A stretch of DNA of 64,000 nucleotides from the human T2T-CHM13v2.0 reference genome, Homo sapiens, in NCBI RefSeq assembly GCF_009914755.1, contig NC_060925.1; one strand, written 5' to 3'. The translations under genes were made by a program, and so were the position numbers. The notes below the pieces were generated by a model. It saw only the letters and a list, made by a program, of their open reading frames with translations. It did not search any database and had not been told where the DNA came from. Shown here piece by piece: positions 1 to 16,047 of the stretch. Within the stretch, counting starts at the first letter, position 1; each line of letters opens with the position of its first letter.

Positions 1-166
1 AATACTACATAACAAAGAGTTATAGTTAACTAAGCCAACAAAGAAGAAAAATGAAATAATAAAAACAAACTCAATTAATTCAAAAGAAGGCAGACAAAAA
101 AGAAAAAGAGAAAAAAGACTATCTGGGATAAACAGAAAACAAAATAGATAGCAGACTTAAACCCAG

Positions 167-535
167 TGTATTAGTCTGTTTTTTCATGCTGCTGATAAAG
201 ACATACCCGAGACTGGGCAATTTACAAAGGAAAGAGGTATAATGGAGAACTCACAGTTCCATGTGGCTGGGGAAGCCTCACAATCGTGGCAGAAGGCAAG
301 GAGGAACAAGCCACATGTTACGTGGATGGTGGCAGGCAAAGAGAGCTTGTGCAGGGCAACTCCTGTTTTTAAAACCACCAGATCTCATGAGACCCATTCA
401 CTATCATGAGAACAGCACGAGAAAGACCCATCCCCATAATTCAGTCATCTCCCACCAGGTCCCTCCCACAACATGTGGGAATTCTGGGAGCTACAAGATG
501 AGATTTGGGTGGGGACACAGAGCTAAACTATATCA
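167..535 (-). mobile_element. THE1 solo LTR (MaLR)
   Basis: tgtattagtctgtt...tatca termini match the reverse complement of THE1. Perfect 5-bp TSD CCCAG at 162-166 and 536-540. Confidence 0.93.
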
Positions 536-2236
536 CCCAGTACTGTAAATAAAAACACTAAGTGGTCTAAACATCCCAATTAAAAGGCAGAGATTAACTG
601 ATTCGATTAAAAAAAAACAAGACTCAGCTATATGATATCTATAAGAACCCCACTTTAGATATAAAGACACAAATAGGTTAAACATAAAAGGCTAGAAAAA
701 CACACATCATGCTAACCCAAATAAAAAAAAAGTTAGAAAGTCTACGTTGAAATCAAAGTAGATTTCAGAGCAGAAAAAATTATCAGGAATAAAGAGCATT
801 ATTTCATAATGCTAAAAAGTGCAATTTTTCAATAATATGCAATAATTGTAAATGTTTATGCACCTAAGAGAAGAACAACAAAACACACAAAGTAAAAGCT
901 AGTAGAACTTCAAGGAGAAATAGACAAATCCACAATAATCAAAGATTTCAATAATCCACTCTCAAAAATGTTTAGACATTTTTGAGACAGACAGGAACAC
1001 AATAAGGATATAGAAGATTTAAACAGCACTATCAACCAACTTACTGACATATATAGAACATTCCACCCAATAACAGAAAAATATACATTGTTTTTAAGTC
1101 TACAGGGAACATTCACCATGATAGGCCATATTATGGACCAGAAAACAAGTCTCATACAGTTAAAAGGAGTCATCAAATTATGTTCTCATTTCACAATTAA
1201 GTTAAATATCAGTAAGTTGTTAAGAAATAAGTAACAGATATATGAAAAGTCCCCAAATATTTGTAAGTTACACTCATGCTTTTAAATAACCCATAGCTTA
1301 AAGAAGCAACAAAAAAGAAAATTAGGAAGAATTTGGCCTGAATATAAACAAAAATGTACCATATCAAAATTGTGAGATTCAACTAAAGCAGTACATACAG
1401 AGAAATTCTTAACATTAAAATTCTATATTAAAAGAAAAAAAAGGTCTCAATCAATGGCCTCAGCTTCCGCTTTAAAAAACTAGAAAACAAAGAGCAAATG
1501 AAAGCCAAAATAAGCAGAAGAAGAGAGATAATAAAAATCAGCATTGAAATCAATGAAATAGAAAATGAAAACAACTAAGAAAATCAATTAAACCAAGAGC
1601 TGGTTTTGAGACAATCATAAAATTGACAAATCTCTAGCAAGAGACAGATCAAGAAAAAAAAGAGAAGATACGACTTTATTATTTATTAGAAAAATGCAAA
1701 TTTAAGCCACAATGAAAAACCTCTACACATCTATTGGAAAGTCTAAAATTAAAAAGACTAACCATGCCAAGTATTGGCAAAGACTTGGAACAACTGAAAC
1801 CTTTATACACTGCTGATGGGGATGCAAAATGTAGAACTACTTTGAAAAGAGCCAACAGTTTCTGAAAAGGTTAAATATCCACCTACCATATAACCTAGCC
1901 TCTGCTTGTAGTCACTGAGGGAAAATAAAAGCATATGTTCATACAAAAACCTGTGCATAAATGTTCACAGTAACTTTATCATAGTCAAAAACTGGAAACA
2001 TTTCAAATGTCTATCAAGAGATGACTGAATAAACAGATTTTTGTATATTCATAGAGAAGAATACAACTCAGCAATAAAAAGGATACAAGAATATAAACAA
2101 ATCTCACAATAATTATGTTAAGTAGAAGAATCCAAACAACAACAAAAAGAGAACATGTGATATTATTTCATTTATATAAAATTCTTAAAATGAAAACTAA
2201 ATTATAGTGGCAGAAAGCAGATCAGTGGTTGCCTAG

Positions 2237-4405
2237 TGTGTCAGGCCATTCTTGTGTCACTATAAAGATATACATGAGACTGGGTAATTTATAAAGAAAA
2301 GGGGTTTAATTTGCTTATGGTTCTGAGGCTGTACAAGCATGGCACCAACACTGGCTCAGCTTCTGGTGAGGACCTCAGGAACTTACAATCATGGTAGAAG
2401 GCAAAGCAGAAGTAAGTGCCTTGCATGATGAGATCATGTGCAAGAGAGAGAGCAGGGAGGTGCCACACACTTTTAAACAACCAGATCTCACAAGAACTCA
2501 CTCACTATCATGAGGACAGTGTGTCTGCTCCCATGACCCAAGCACCTCCCACCAGGTCCTACCTCCAACATTGGGAATTATGTTTCAACATGAGATATGA
2601 AGGTAACAAACATCCAAACTATATCATTCTATTCATGGCCCCTCAAATCTCATGTCCTTCTCACATTGCAAAATACAATTAAGAGGTGACTGAATAAACA
2701 AATGTTTGTATATTTATAAAATAGAATACAACTCAACAATAAAAAGGATACAAGAATATAAATGAATCTCACAATAATTATGTTGAGTGAAATAATGCAA
2801 ACAACAACAAAAAGGGCACACATGATATGATTTCATATGTACTGCCAATAGTAACAATAGTATCCAAAAGTCTTAACTGGTCTCAACATTAAGTCAAAAG
2901 TCCTAAGTCTTATCTGAGACTCATCTCCTTCCACCTATGATCCTGTAAAATCAAAACAAGTTGTTTACTCCCAAGATACAATGGTAGTACAGGCATCGTA
3001 GTACTATTTTGAAACACTACCATTCCAAAAGAGAGAAATTGGCCAAAAGAAAGGAACACTAGGCCCCATGGAAATCTGAATTCCAGCAGGGCAGTCATTA
3101 AATTTCAAAGCTCCAAAATAAACCTCTTTGACTTTATTTCCTGCATCCAGGACACATTGGTGCAAGAGGTGAGCCCCAAGGCCTTGGGCAGTGCTGCCTT
3201 TGTGGCTTTGCAGGTTTTGTAGCCCCCAGGGATGCTCTCACAGGTTGGAGTTGGAGTTGAATGCTTGTGGCTTTTCCTGGTGCAGGGTAGAAGCTTCTGG
3301 TGGATCTACCATTCTGGGGTCTGGAGGGCAGTGGCCCCCTTCCCACAGCTCCACTAGGTAGTGCCCCAGTGGGAACTCTGTGTGGGGTTTCCAACTCCAC
3401 ATTTCCCTCTGTACTGCCCCAGTAGAGGTGCTCTGTGAGAGCTTTCTTTTAGTCATGCAAATGTCTCTAGCAAGTGATTGTTCTACAGCCTGCTTTGATT
3501 CTTCCCCTGAAAATGATCTTTTCTTTTCTAACACATGGTTAGGCTGCAAATTTTCTAAACTTTTACTCTGATTCCCTTTTAAATATAAGTTCCAACTTTA
3601 AGTCATTTCTTTGCTTCTGTATCTGAATGTAGGCTGTTAAAAGCAGCCAGGCCAAATCTTGAATGATTTGCTGCTTAGAAATTTCTTCTGCCAGATACCC
3701 TAAGTCATCACTCTTAAGCTCAAACTTCCACAGATCCCTAGTGCATAAACACAGTGCAGCCAAGAACTTTGCTAGGGCATAACACAAATGACCTTCACTC
3801 AGTTCCCAATAACTTCCTTGTTTCCATTTGAGGACTCTCAGCCTGGCCTTCTCTGTCCATATTTTTATCAGCACTTTGGTCACAACCATTTATCTAGTAA
3901 GAAGTTTCAAAACTTCCCTCATCTTCCTGTTTTCTTCTGAGCCATCCAAACTCTTCCAACCTCTACCTGTTACCCAGTACCAAAGCCACTTCCACATTTT
4001 CAGGTATCATTATAGCAACATCCCACTTCTCATTGCCAATTTTCTGTATTAACCTGTTCTTGCATCTCTATAGAGGAATACCTGAGGCTGGGTAATTGAT
4101 AAAGAAAAGAGGTTTAACTGGCTCACAGTTCTCCAGGCTGTACAAGTGAGGCACCAATATCTGCTTGGCCTCTGGCAAGGGTCTCAGGAAGCTTACAATC
4201 ATGGTGGAAGGCAAAGTAGGAGCAGGCACTTTACATGGTGAGAGCAGGAGAAAGATGTAGGGGAGGTGCCACACACTTTTAAACAACCATGAGAACAGCA
4301 CTAAGCCATTCATGATCCAAATACCTCTCACCAGGCCCCACCTCCATCACTGAGGATTACATTTCAACATTAGACTTGGAGGGGCCAAACATCTAAATTA
4401 AATCA
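2237..4405 (-). mobile_element. Two-LTR MST (MSTB-like) MaLR element with internal region
   Basis: LTRs at 2237-2626 and 4045-4405 flank MaLR internal sequence. TSD CCTAG/CCTGG. Confidence 0.9.
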
Positions 4406-4699
4406 CCTGGGGATGGGAGGTGCATGAGAAAGACAGAAAGGAAGGGTTAAGGGAATCGGTGACCTTCTGGGGCTGTCGGACATGTTCATTTTCTTGATTG
4501 TGGCGATGGTTTCACAAGTGCTATACATAGGTCAAAATTTATCAAATTATACACTACAAAGTATGCCATTTATTGGCACATTATTGACATAGTGAGGTAT
4601 GTCAGCTATACTTCACTACAGCTGTTAAATGCTCAAAAACAGCAGAAAAGAGCAAGCACATTTTAAGAACCAAAGAGAATCATAAAAATAAAATATGAA

Positions 4700-5290
4700 A
4701 ATTGAGATAGAAAACTCAATAGATAAGCATTGCAGTTGACTAGATTTATTTGAAAGGAGAATCTACTGGAAGAGCAAACTCCAGATAGTATCTGAAATGC
4801 AGCAGAAATGGTAGATGGAAGAATCAGACAAAGAGATAGACAAAGAAAAATTAGATGAAATAAACAAATTCCTAGAAAACATAACATCAAGAAGAAACAA
4901 GATACCCAAATAGTTCTATAATTATTAAAGTTTGAATTAATAGTTAAAAGTCTCCTCATAAAGAAAAGAACTCCAGATCCAGAGGTTTTATCAGTGGGTT
5001 CTACCAAATATTCAAGGGAACAAATAATTCTAATCTTACATAAATATTCCAAAATGTCAAAAAGAAAGAGAAGTCTCTATCTGCTTTATGAAGTTAGCAT
5101 AATCATGATACCAAAGACTGACAAAACCATATAAGAAGTTGCAAAAATCTTAAAGCATTAGCAAGTGGTATCCAGCAATGTATATAAATGATAATGTATT
5201 TTGACCTTAGTAGGTTAATTCCAGGAATTCAAGGTTGGCTTAACATAAGGAAAAATATTTTCATGTAATTCACAACATTAATGTAAAAAG
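4700..5290 (+). mobile_element. Degraded L1M fragments (ORF1/ORF2)
   Basis: ctccagatccagaggttttatcagtgggttctaccaaatattcaagg resembles L1 ORF2. Confidence 0.65.
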
Positions 5291-5349
5291 GACCTTAATA
5301 GCTAAGAAAACTCTTTGTCCTCCTGTTATTAATATTTCTTCTCCAGCTA

Positions 5350-5585
5350 TCAGATGAACATACAGCTGTAGCTTCAGCAGCTACCTTGAACCATGAGGTG
5401 ACTTTGAGGATTGCAAAGCAGAAAGGTAAGAGCCTGAATCTTTGATGGCATCAAAGGGCTGCCATAACAGCCTTGGACTACTGACCTTCTGACTTCTTCT
5501 ATGTGAAAGACAAGTAATATCTTTTCTAAGCCACTGACATGCTTTTTAAAAATTAAATTAGCAGAAGCAAATCCTAATTGACTCT
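5350..5585 (+). mobile_element. Old ERVL/MaLR LTR fragment (LTR33/MLT1J-L-like)
   Basis: accatgaggtgactttgaggat...gcagaagcaaatcctaattga, similar to the element at 56085-56915. Confidence 0.55.
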
Positions 5586-5599
5586 GACACCTGGAGTAG

Positions 5600-5790
5600 A
5601 TTAACGGAAGTGAGGGAGCATCAGGAAAAGCCTCATGGAGCACATGATATTTGAGTTGGAACTTGATGAATGAGTACAGTCTTACCAGATAGCAAGGATT
5701 AGAAAGGAGGAAGGCACTCTAGACACAACAGTAGCAGTGTGGAAAAGTGCAGGGCAGGAAAAAGCAGCTTGTTCAGAAAATAACAAGATG
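5600..5790 (-). mobile_element. L2 fragment
   Basis: ggaaaagcctcatggag...tttgagttggaacttgatgaatgagta is L2-like. Confidence 0.5.
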
Positions 5791-7164
5791 AGTATAACAT
5801 GTATATTTCTTGAATATTGTTTTGAACTTAGGCATGGTCTGGGACTGGGGCTGAATTGAACTGGAGAGAAGGGTCACTTTGCAGCTCCATTATATGCAAA
5901 CCAGCACCTCTGGGGGAAAGCAGTGACCTTTTGCAGGAGCTGTGTGAGTAAACAGATATTAGCCAGGCAGGACGCAACTCAGTGAGGGGCAGTGAGTCCT
6001 TGACTTGCAGGAAGGTGATTTGAGCTTAAGTTTTTGCCTCATAGCTGCGAATGTGCTTCAGACAAAAGTGACCAGATCCATCCTTTTCACTGGTGGCTCG
6101 GCACAGGTGATCCTAAACCCTTTGCACTAGTGGAGTGAGTTCCCCAACAATAAAGTTCCTGAGAAAGAAAGATGCTAGAGATGAATAGAAAAAAGAGCTG
6201 TTCATCTGTGTATCTGGTGATTTGGTTGCCAAACATTTTTTTCCTCAAGAATCAGGAACCTTTACAGGAAGTCAGGCCCTGAGGTACCCAATTGCACAAT
6301 GCCACATACATTGCAGTTTTTCTGAGGCAGCCAGTCATAGCGTAATTATTAATAGTGCCCCCTTTCACTTTCAAAAGTATACTGCTTTGGATAATCAATT
6401 TTATGATCACCTTACTTACTTGTATAAGGACTTTATAAAGGAATTCTTATATCTTTGCTAGTGCTTTCTCTGATTTGTAGAATAAACAAATCACTACCAC
6501 TCTCCTTTCCCCCTGAATAAATCTGGGGATCAAAGAGAAACTTTGGGAGGATATATTATTTGATTATAGTGTTTCACACAGAGACAGTTAGGAAGGATAG
6601 GAAAATGCATATACAACATAATACGACCCGCATTGTTTTGCAAATAATAGGGTCAAAGTTGTGATAATAGGAAGAATATGGATTTAACATATGAGACTAG
6701 GCTGAGTGATTTTTGGAAGAAAAAGTGAAACCTAAAACAGGAAAACATGATTGCCCTTGGTAATTCAAGAGAAAATTAGCCACAGGCCTCACTTGTGGAG
6801 AGAGACTGAATTATAATAGCCCCTGTTCCCTCTTCTTCCCCCACCAAGGTAATCAGAGAAGGGAGCCCTAGTCCCTCCATCAATGCCAGCAGGAACCCAG
6901 GAGGTGGAGACATCTCCTCAGACCCTGTCACCATCATTGGCTAAAGTTTGAGGTGCCTGAGTTTTCAAGACACAGACTGGATAGGAATTATAATGGCATT
7001 TTTCAGATAGGGATATTGAAACTCAAAAGATGACTTGCTCAAATTATAGAGTTTATAAATGGCAGAACCAGGAGCTTGAGTTTAGGACATTCCTCCATGA
7101 AGAAATAGAAGCATTATAAGGACTCCAAGTTCCCTAGAGAAAACCTGTGGCCTGAGAAATGGCA

Positions 7165-7355
7165 GAAATAACTGGGATTTTTAGCCTGAAGATAAAGGAG
7201 ATGTAGAGGCACAGGATATGATCTCTGTCATCAAATCCCTGATGGACTGTCAGATGGGAAAGAAGTTAGACCTGTGTGGGGTGGACCCAGAGAACAAAGC
7301 AAGGACTAGTGAAGGGAAGTGAAAAGGAAGCAGATGCCAATTCAACATACAGGAA
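7165..7355 (+). mobile_element. L3/CR1 fragment, flanked by MIR pieces (about 7000-7090 and 7360-7480)
   Basis: ctgggatttttagcctgaag...gcaaggactagtgaagggaagt resembles the CR1 3' region. Confidence 0.5.
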
Positions 7356-8651
7356 AGGAAACTAACATTTCCTGAATATCTATCCATGCCAGGCATTTCA
7401 CATATATATTCCTATTTAATTCTCAGACAGAGGGAAAAAACTGTGAAGTAGATATTATCCTCATTTTAAAAATGAGAAACCTGGAGATTTCCAACTTAGG
7501 GTAATGGCAGAGTAGCTTGTATTGCACTAACTCTCCTACTGATAACATTTATCAACTCTGGACAAAATAGAAAAAAATGGTTTGAAATTACTGGGAAATT
7601 ATCCAAAGAAACTAGAGGGCATTGGTCCCCTTGAAAGATGAGAACCACACTGAGTGAGATCTAGTTTATTCAGCTTTCATGTAAGGGCAGTCCCTAGTCT
7701 GTGTGGTATGGTGGGGCATTTCAGATAGAGCTAAAGCAAAAAGCTGCAGTAATATTGGGGAGTCAGGTGATGCATATTGGGTCTTCCAGAGCAGTTAGAC
7801 ATTGAAGGGGGGAAATCCCAGAAAGAATGAAGCCACAGAGGGGAGCCCCCAAATCTGCATATAGATTCCACTCAAATCCTTGGCTGGCACCTAAACCCTG
7901 AATGTATGGGCTAAGACTTCAAGAAGTCTATGGGGGAAACAGTAGCTGGAATCTTGAAGAAAACCAAAAACCCCAAAACACACAACTGAGCAGAGGATTC
8001 AGTAGCTGCCCACAATGGAGGCAGAGTTTAAAGTTTAAATACCAACAGATGAGAGAGCCTTAATAAGTACCTCAAGCTTTGCACTGAAATCCCAGAAGGG
8101 CCACACCCTAGGATTAAGTACCATATTCCAAGATTAAGGTATTCACCCTAGGACTAAGGGGAAAAATCAAAATAGACTTTCCCTAACAAAGCTTAAAATC
8201 AACTCCATAAAAGACCAAGGCGATTTGATGGTCATTTCCCTACCTACTAGTGCAAAACTCAATACTCTTCAAAGAAAGATAACAGAAAATAAAATTATCT
8301 ATGTATAATAAAAAATTTTAATTTCTAGACATATGAACAGACAGAAAAATGTAGCCCAGTGAAGAAAAAAAATCAGTTGATAAAAACAAAATGACAAACC
8401 CGTGATATTGAAATTAGCAGAAGGGAACTACTGTGGTCTGAATGTTTTTGTTCTCCCAAAATTCATGTTAACACCTAATTACTGATGTGATAATATTAGG
8501 AGATGGGCCTTTGGGAGCAGATTAGACCATGAGGGCAGAAGCCTCATAAATAGGATTAGCGCCCTTATAAAAGACACTCCAGAGAGCTAGTTACCCCCTC
8601 CACCATGTGAGAACATAGCAAGAAGGCACTGTCTATAAGAAAACAGGTCCT

Positions 8652-9069
<418 letters not shown>

Positions 9070-9888
9070 CTACAAACCACCTAATTCAAGGTATTTTTCT
9101 GGTAGCAGCCCAAATGAACTAAGTCAAGAATTTAAAAATAACTATGATAAATATAATAACAAATCTATAGGAAAAGATGTATTCATTTTTAATGCGTGAA
9201 GAGATGAGGAATTTGAGAAGAAATATGAATACTATAAAAAGAACTAAAAGGAAATTTTAGAAACTGAAAAATACAGTATTTGAAATTTTAAAAAAATTAG
9301 AAAATATCATGGTAGATTGAATAAAGAAGAAGACAGGATCAGTGTACTGGAATATAGATCAATAGAAATTATCCAAGCAGAAGCATGGAAGGAGAAAAGG
9401 TTGAAAAACAACAGATCCTCAACAACTTGTGGGACAGTATCAAATGGCTGAGAAAATGAGCAACTGGAGTTTCAGGAAAAGAGGAGCAAAAGAACTACAA
9501 AGCAGAAAAAATATTTGAAAAAACATTGGTCAAATATTTTCCAAATTTGATCACAAAGAAGAAACCTATAGATCCAAAAAACAAAGCACACCTCAAACAA
9601 GATAAATACAAAGAAAATAACATGTAACACATCAAAGTTAAACTCTTAAAAAAACACAAATAGACAGAAAATATAAAAAGCACCCAGATAGAGCTGATTT
9701 CTCATTAGAAACAATTGAGGCCAAAAAACATAATTAAAATGTTAAAAGAAAAAAAAGAAAAAACTTGTCAACCTAAAATTCTGTATCAAGTAAAAATACC
9801 TTACAAAAATGAAGATAAAATAGGTATTTTCAGATAAATGAAAGGCAAGCTAATATGTTAACAGGTGACACAATTACAAAAAGTGCTA

Positions 9889-9994
9889 GTGCTTACTTTG
9901 GCAGCACATATACTAAAATTGAAATGACACAGGGAAGATTAGCATGGCCCCTGCACAAGAATGACATGCAAATTTGTGAAGTATTTTGTATTTT
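9889..9994 (+). pseudogene. RNU6: Full-length U6 snRNA processed pseudogene (5' part of a U6-L1 chimera)
   Basis: Ungapped 106-nt match to U6, 90/106 by my count, all transitions. The ACAGAGA box is mutated to ACAGGGA. It sits in L1 sequence with no U6 promoter upstream. Confidence 0.95.
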
Positions 9995-13050
<3,056 letters not shown>

Positions 13051-14896
13051 AAGAAATGCTAAAGGAAATTCTCTATGCTAAAGAGAAATGAGACCATATG
13101 GAAATTCAGCTCTACAGAAAGGAATAAAGGGCACTAGAAATGATAACTTTGTAGGAAAATACAAAAGAAATTTTTCCTTCTTTTCTTAATTATTTAAAAC
13201 ATGAATTGATAGGACTTCTACTTCTAGCCAGTATGGGGTAGCAGGGGCTGAATTTAACCTCCAATCTGAAACAATTTCTTTTTAAGCTGAACAAAATATA
13301 TGAAAAAATAGCTGTGAAAATATTAGGCACCAGGTAATGAAGGACAGCAATCCCTAAATGACAGGAAACAAATATAGCCCTATTATTGACCTGGTTTACC
13401 TCCTGAAGGAAGTTTGCAGACCATCACAAGGAAGGCAGATCCATGGCAGAGGCTGGCAATATCCCTGAGTTGAGGAGGCACAAATGGAAGTTGAGAAAAA
13501 CAAAGAATCTAGAGTTCCCAATGTAGTGTATTTAAAAGAAGAGCTGCACACAGGGAAAACTTCAGAAATCTACAGAAGCTTCCCTTGAGTATTCAATAGA
13601 ATAATCATCAGCACATGCATATGAACAACTAGTCTAAAAAAATAACTCAAAAGATTAGAGGAAACAGTGCTACGCTCACAAGAATAGGAAGGGTCTATTC
13701 CCAATAGCCAGAGTAGAATACTTCATAAGTCATAGGACATCAGTTAGAGTACTGAGCAGGGTCTTCCCTCAGTAGTGGGAAAAATTAACCCTAGACTAAA
13801 TGCTGCTGGTCCCTGATAATTGAGCTTAAAGCAAGAACCAAAAGTATTAAGCTATTTGAAAGTAATGTGTATCTCCAAATAAACCTCAAGAATAATTTTA
13901 GGAATACAAAAATATTCAGCACCCAACAAGGTAAAATTCAAAATATATGGCATCCATAAAAAAAATTATCAGGCATTCAAAGAACTAGAAAAATAAAACC
14001 TATAATGAGGAGAAAAATCAATCAAAACTGACTCAGAAATGACACAAATGATAGAATTAAGAGACAAGCATATTAAAACAGTCATTATAACTGTATTCTA
14101 TATGTTCACCAAGCTAGAGAAAATATTGAACATTAAGTAGAGACATGGAAGATATTAGAAAAACTGAAACCAAACTTCTAGAGAAGAAAACAACCATGTC
14201 TGAGATAAAAAAAAAAAATACAATGAATGGGAAATAGCAGATTAGACATTTCAGAGGAAAGGAGTAGTAAACTTGAAGACATAGCAATAGAAACTACCCA
14301 AAATAAAGTACACAGAGGAAAAGACACACATAAAAAAAAAAACACACAGAGCAACAGTGACAACTTCAAGTGGCCAAATCTATGTGTAAGTGGGGTTCCC
14401 AAAAGAAAGGGAGGACAGAAAAGTATTTAAGGAAATAGTGACCAAATGTTTCAAATTCGATAAAAATTATAAGTTCACAGATTCAAGAAGGTCAGTGAAC
14501 ACCAAAACCAGGAAATTAAAAAAAAAAATACACAAACGCATATCAGAATCAAGTAGCTTTAAATCAGTGACAAAGATAAAATTGGAAAAGTAGAGGAGAT
14601 GCTCTACATGCAGGGCAATGAAGATAAGGAGGATAGCAGATTTCTTGTCAGAAACAATGCAAACTAGAAGACAGTGGCTCAAAATCTTTAAAATTCTGTA
14701 AGAAAAGAAAATGTCAACCTGGAACTCTCTACTAAGAAAAAATTATTTTAAAAGTTAAGGCAAAATAAATACTTCTTTAGACATACAGAAGCTGAAAGAG
14801 TTAATCACAAGCAGACTGGTGGAATAGAAAATGTAAAGGGAAGTCCTTCAAGCAGGGGGAAAAAAAGGATAATATCAGATGGAAACCTAGATATAT

Positions 14897-15110
14897 TAGG
14901 GGTCAGCAAATTATGGCCCATGAGCCAAATCTGACCTGCTGCCTCTTTTTGTGAATAAAGTTTTATTGGAACACAGCCATACCTATTCATTTATTTGTTG
15001 CCCATGGATGCTTTCATGCTACAATGACAGGATTGAATAATTGTAACAGAAACCACATGGTCTAGAGTATTTATTACCTGGCCCCAACAGAAAAAGTTTT
15101 CTGACCCTTG
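14897..15110 (+). mobile_element. MER58A hAT-Charlie MITE
   Basis: Terminal inverted repeats taggggtcagcaaa...ttttctgacccttg and the internal aataaagttttattggaacacagcca motif. Confidence 0.85.
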
Positions 15111-16047
15111 ATCTCCACAAAGTATTGAGCAGCACAGGACATGGTATTACATAAGTAGATTTGTAATAATGATAATGATAATAATAATAATTTCATTTAT
15201 TATTTAAATATCTTCAAAAATAATCATCTGTTTAAGGCATAATAGCAACATATTATGAGATATATAAAATATGTAGAAGTGAAATGTATGATAACAATGC
15301 CCAAAGGCCAGTAGGGAAAAACTAGAGTATACATGAACAGGGCTTATACTACACATGAAGTAGTAAACTATCACTGAAAGTTAGACTGTGGTAATTAAAA
15401 GATGTATACTATAAACCTGAAAGCAACCACTAAAATAACACAACAAAAATTGTGGCTAATAATTCAACAAAGGAGATGAAATGAGACCATAGAAAACAGT
15501 TAAACCAAAAGAAGACAGAGAAGGAGGAAAAGAGGAGCAAAGAACAGCAAGGACAAATATAAAACAAATAGGAAAGTGGTAAACTTAAACACGACCATAC
15601 CAATAATTACATTAAATATAAATGGCCTAAACATTCCAATTAAAAGGCAGCCTGTCAGATTAGATTTAAAAAGCAATACTCAAAGATATGCTACCTTCAA
15701 AATCCCACGTGTGTGTGTGTGTGTGTCTTTAAAAACACATAAATAGGTTAAAAAGAAAAGGAAACCATGCCAGCACTAATCAAGAGAAAGCCAAAGTGGC
15801 TACATTAATATCCAAGTAAAAATTTCAGCACACATACATAAAAAATTATCAGGGATAAAGAGGATCATTTCATAATGCTAAAGGAGTCAATTTATCAAGG
15901 GGATACAATGATCTGGAATGTTTATGCACCTAATAACAGATCTTCAAAACACATGAAATAATAGCTAATAGAACCACAGGAGAAATAGATAAATCCACAA
16001 TTATAGTTGGTGCTTTCAATTATTCTCTTTCAATAATTTATAGAACA

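Larger units (their letters stand above)
1..4630 (+). mobile_element. Old L1M LINE-1 (inter-ORF, ORF2 endonuclease region, internal deletion near 1675, ORF2 3' end and 3' UTR), interrupted by THE1 and MST
   Basis: A-rich L1 ORF2-like sequence that parallels the L1 at 15420-16040. It resumes after each insertion (atcagtggttgcct...ggggatgggagg). Confidence 0.85.

Noticed and set aside
9889-9994. Functional U6 gene
   Set aside because: The ACAGAGA box is mutated, CpGs have decayed, there is no upstream promoter, and it is fused to L1.
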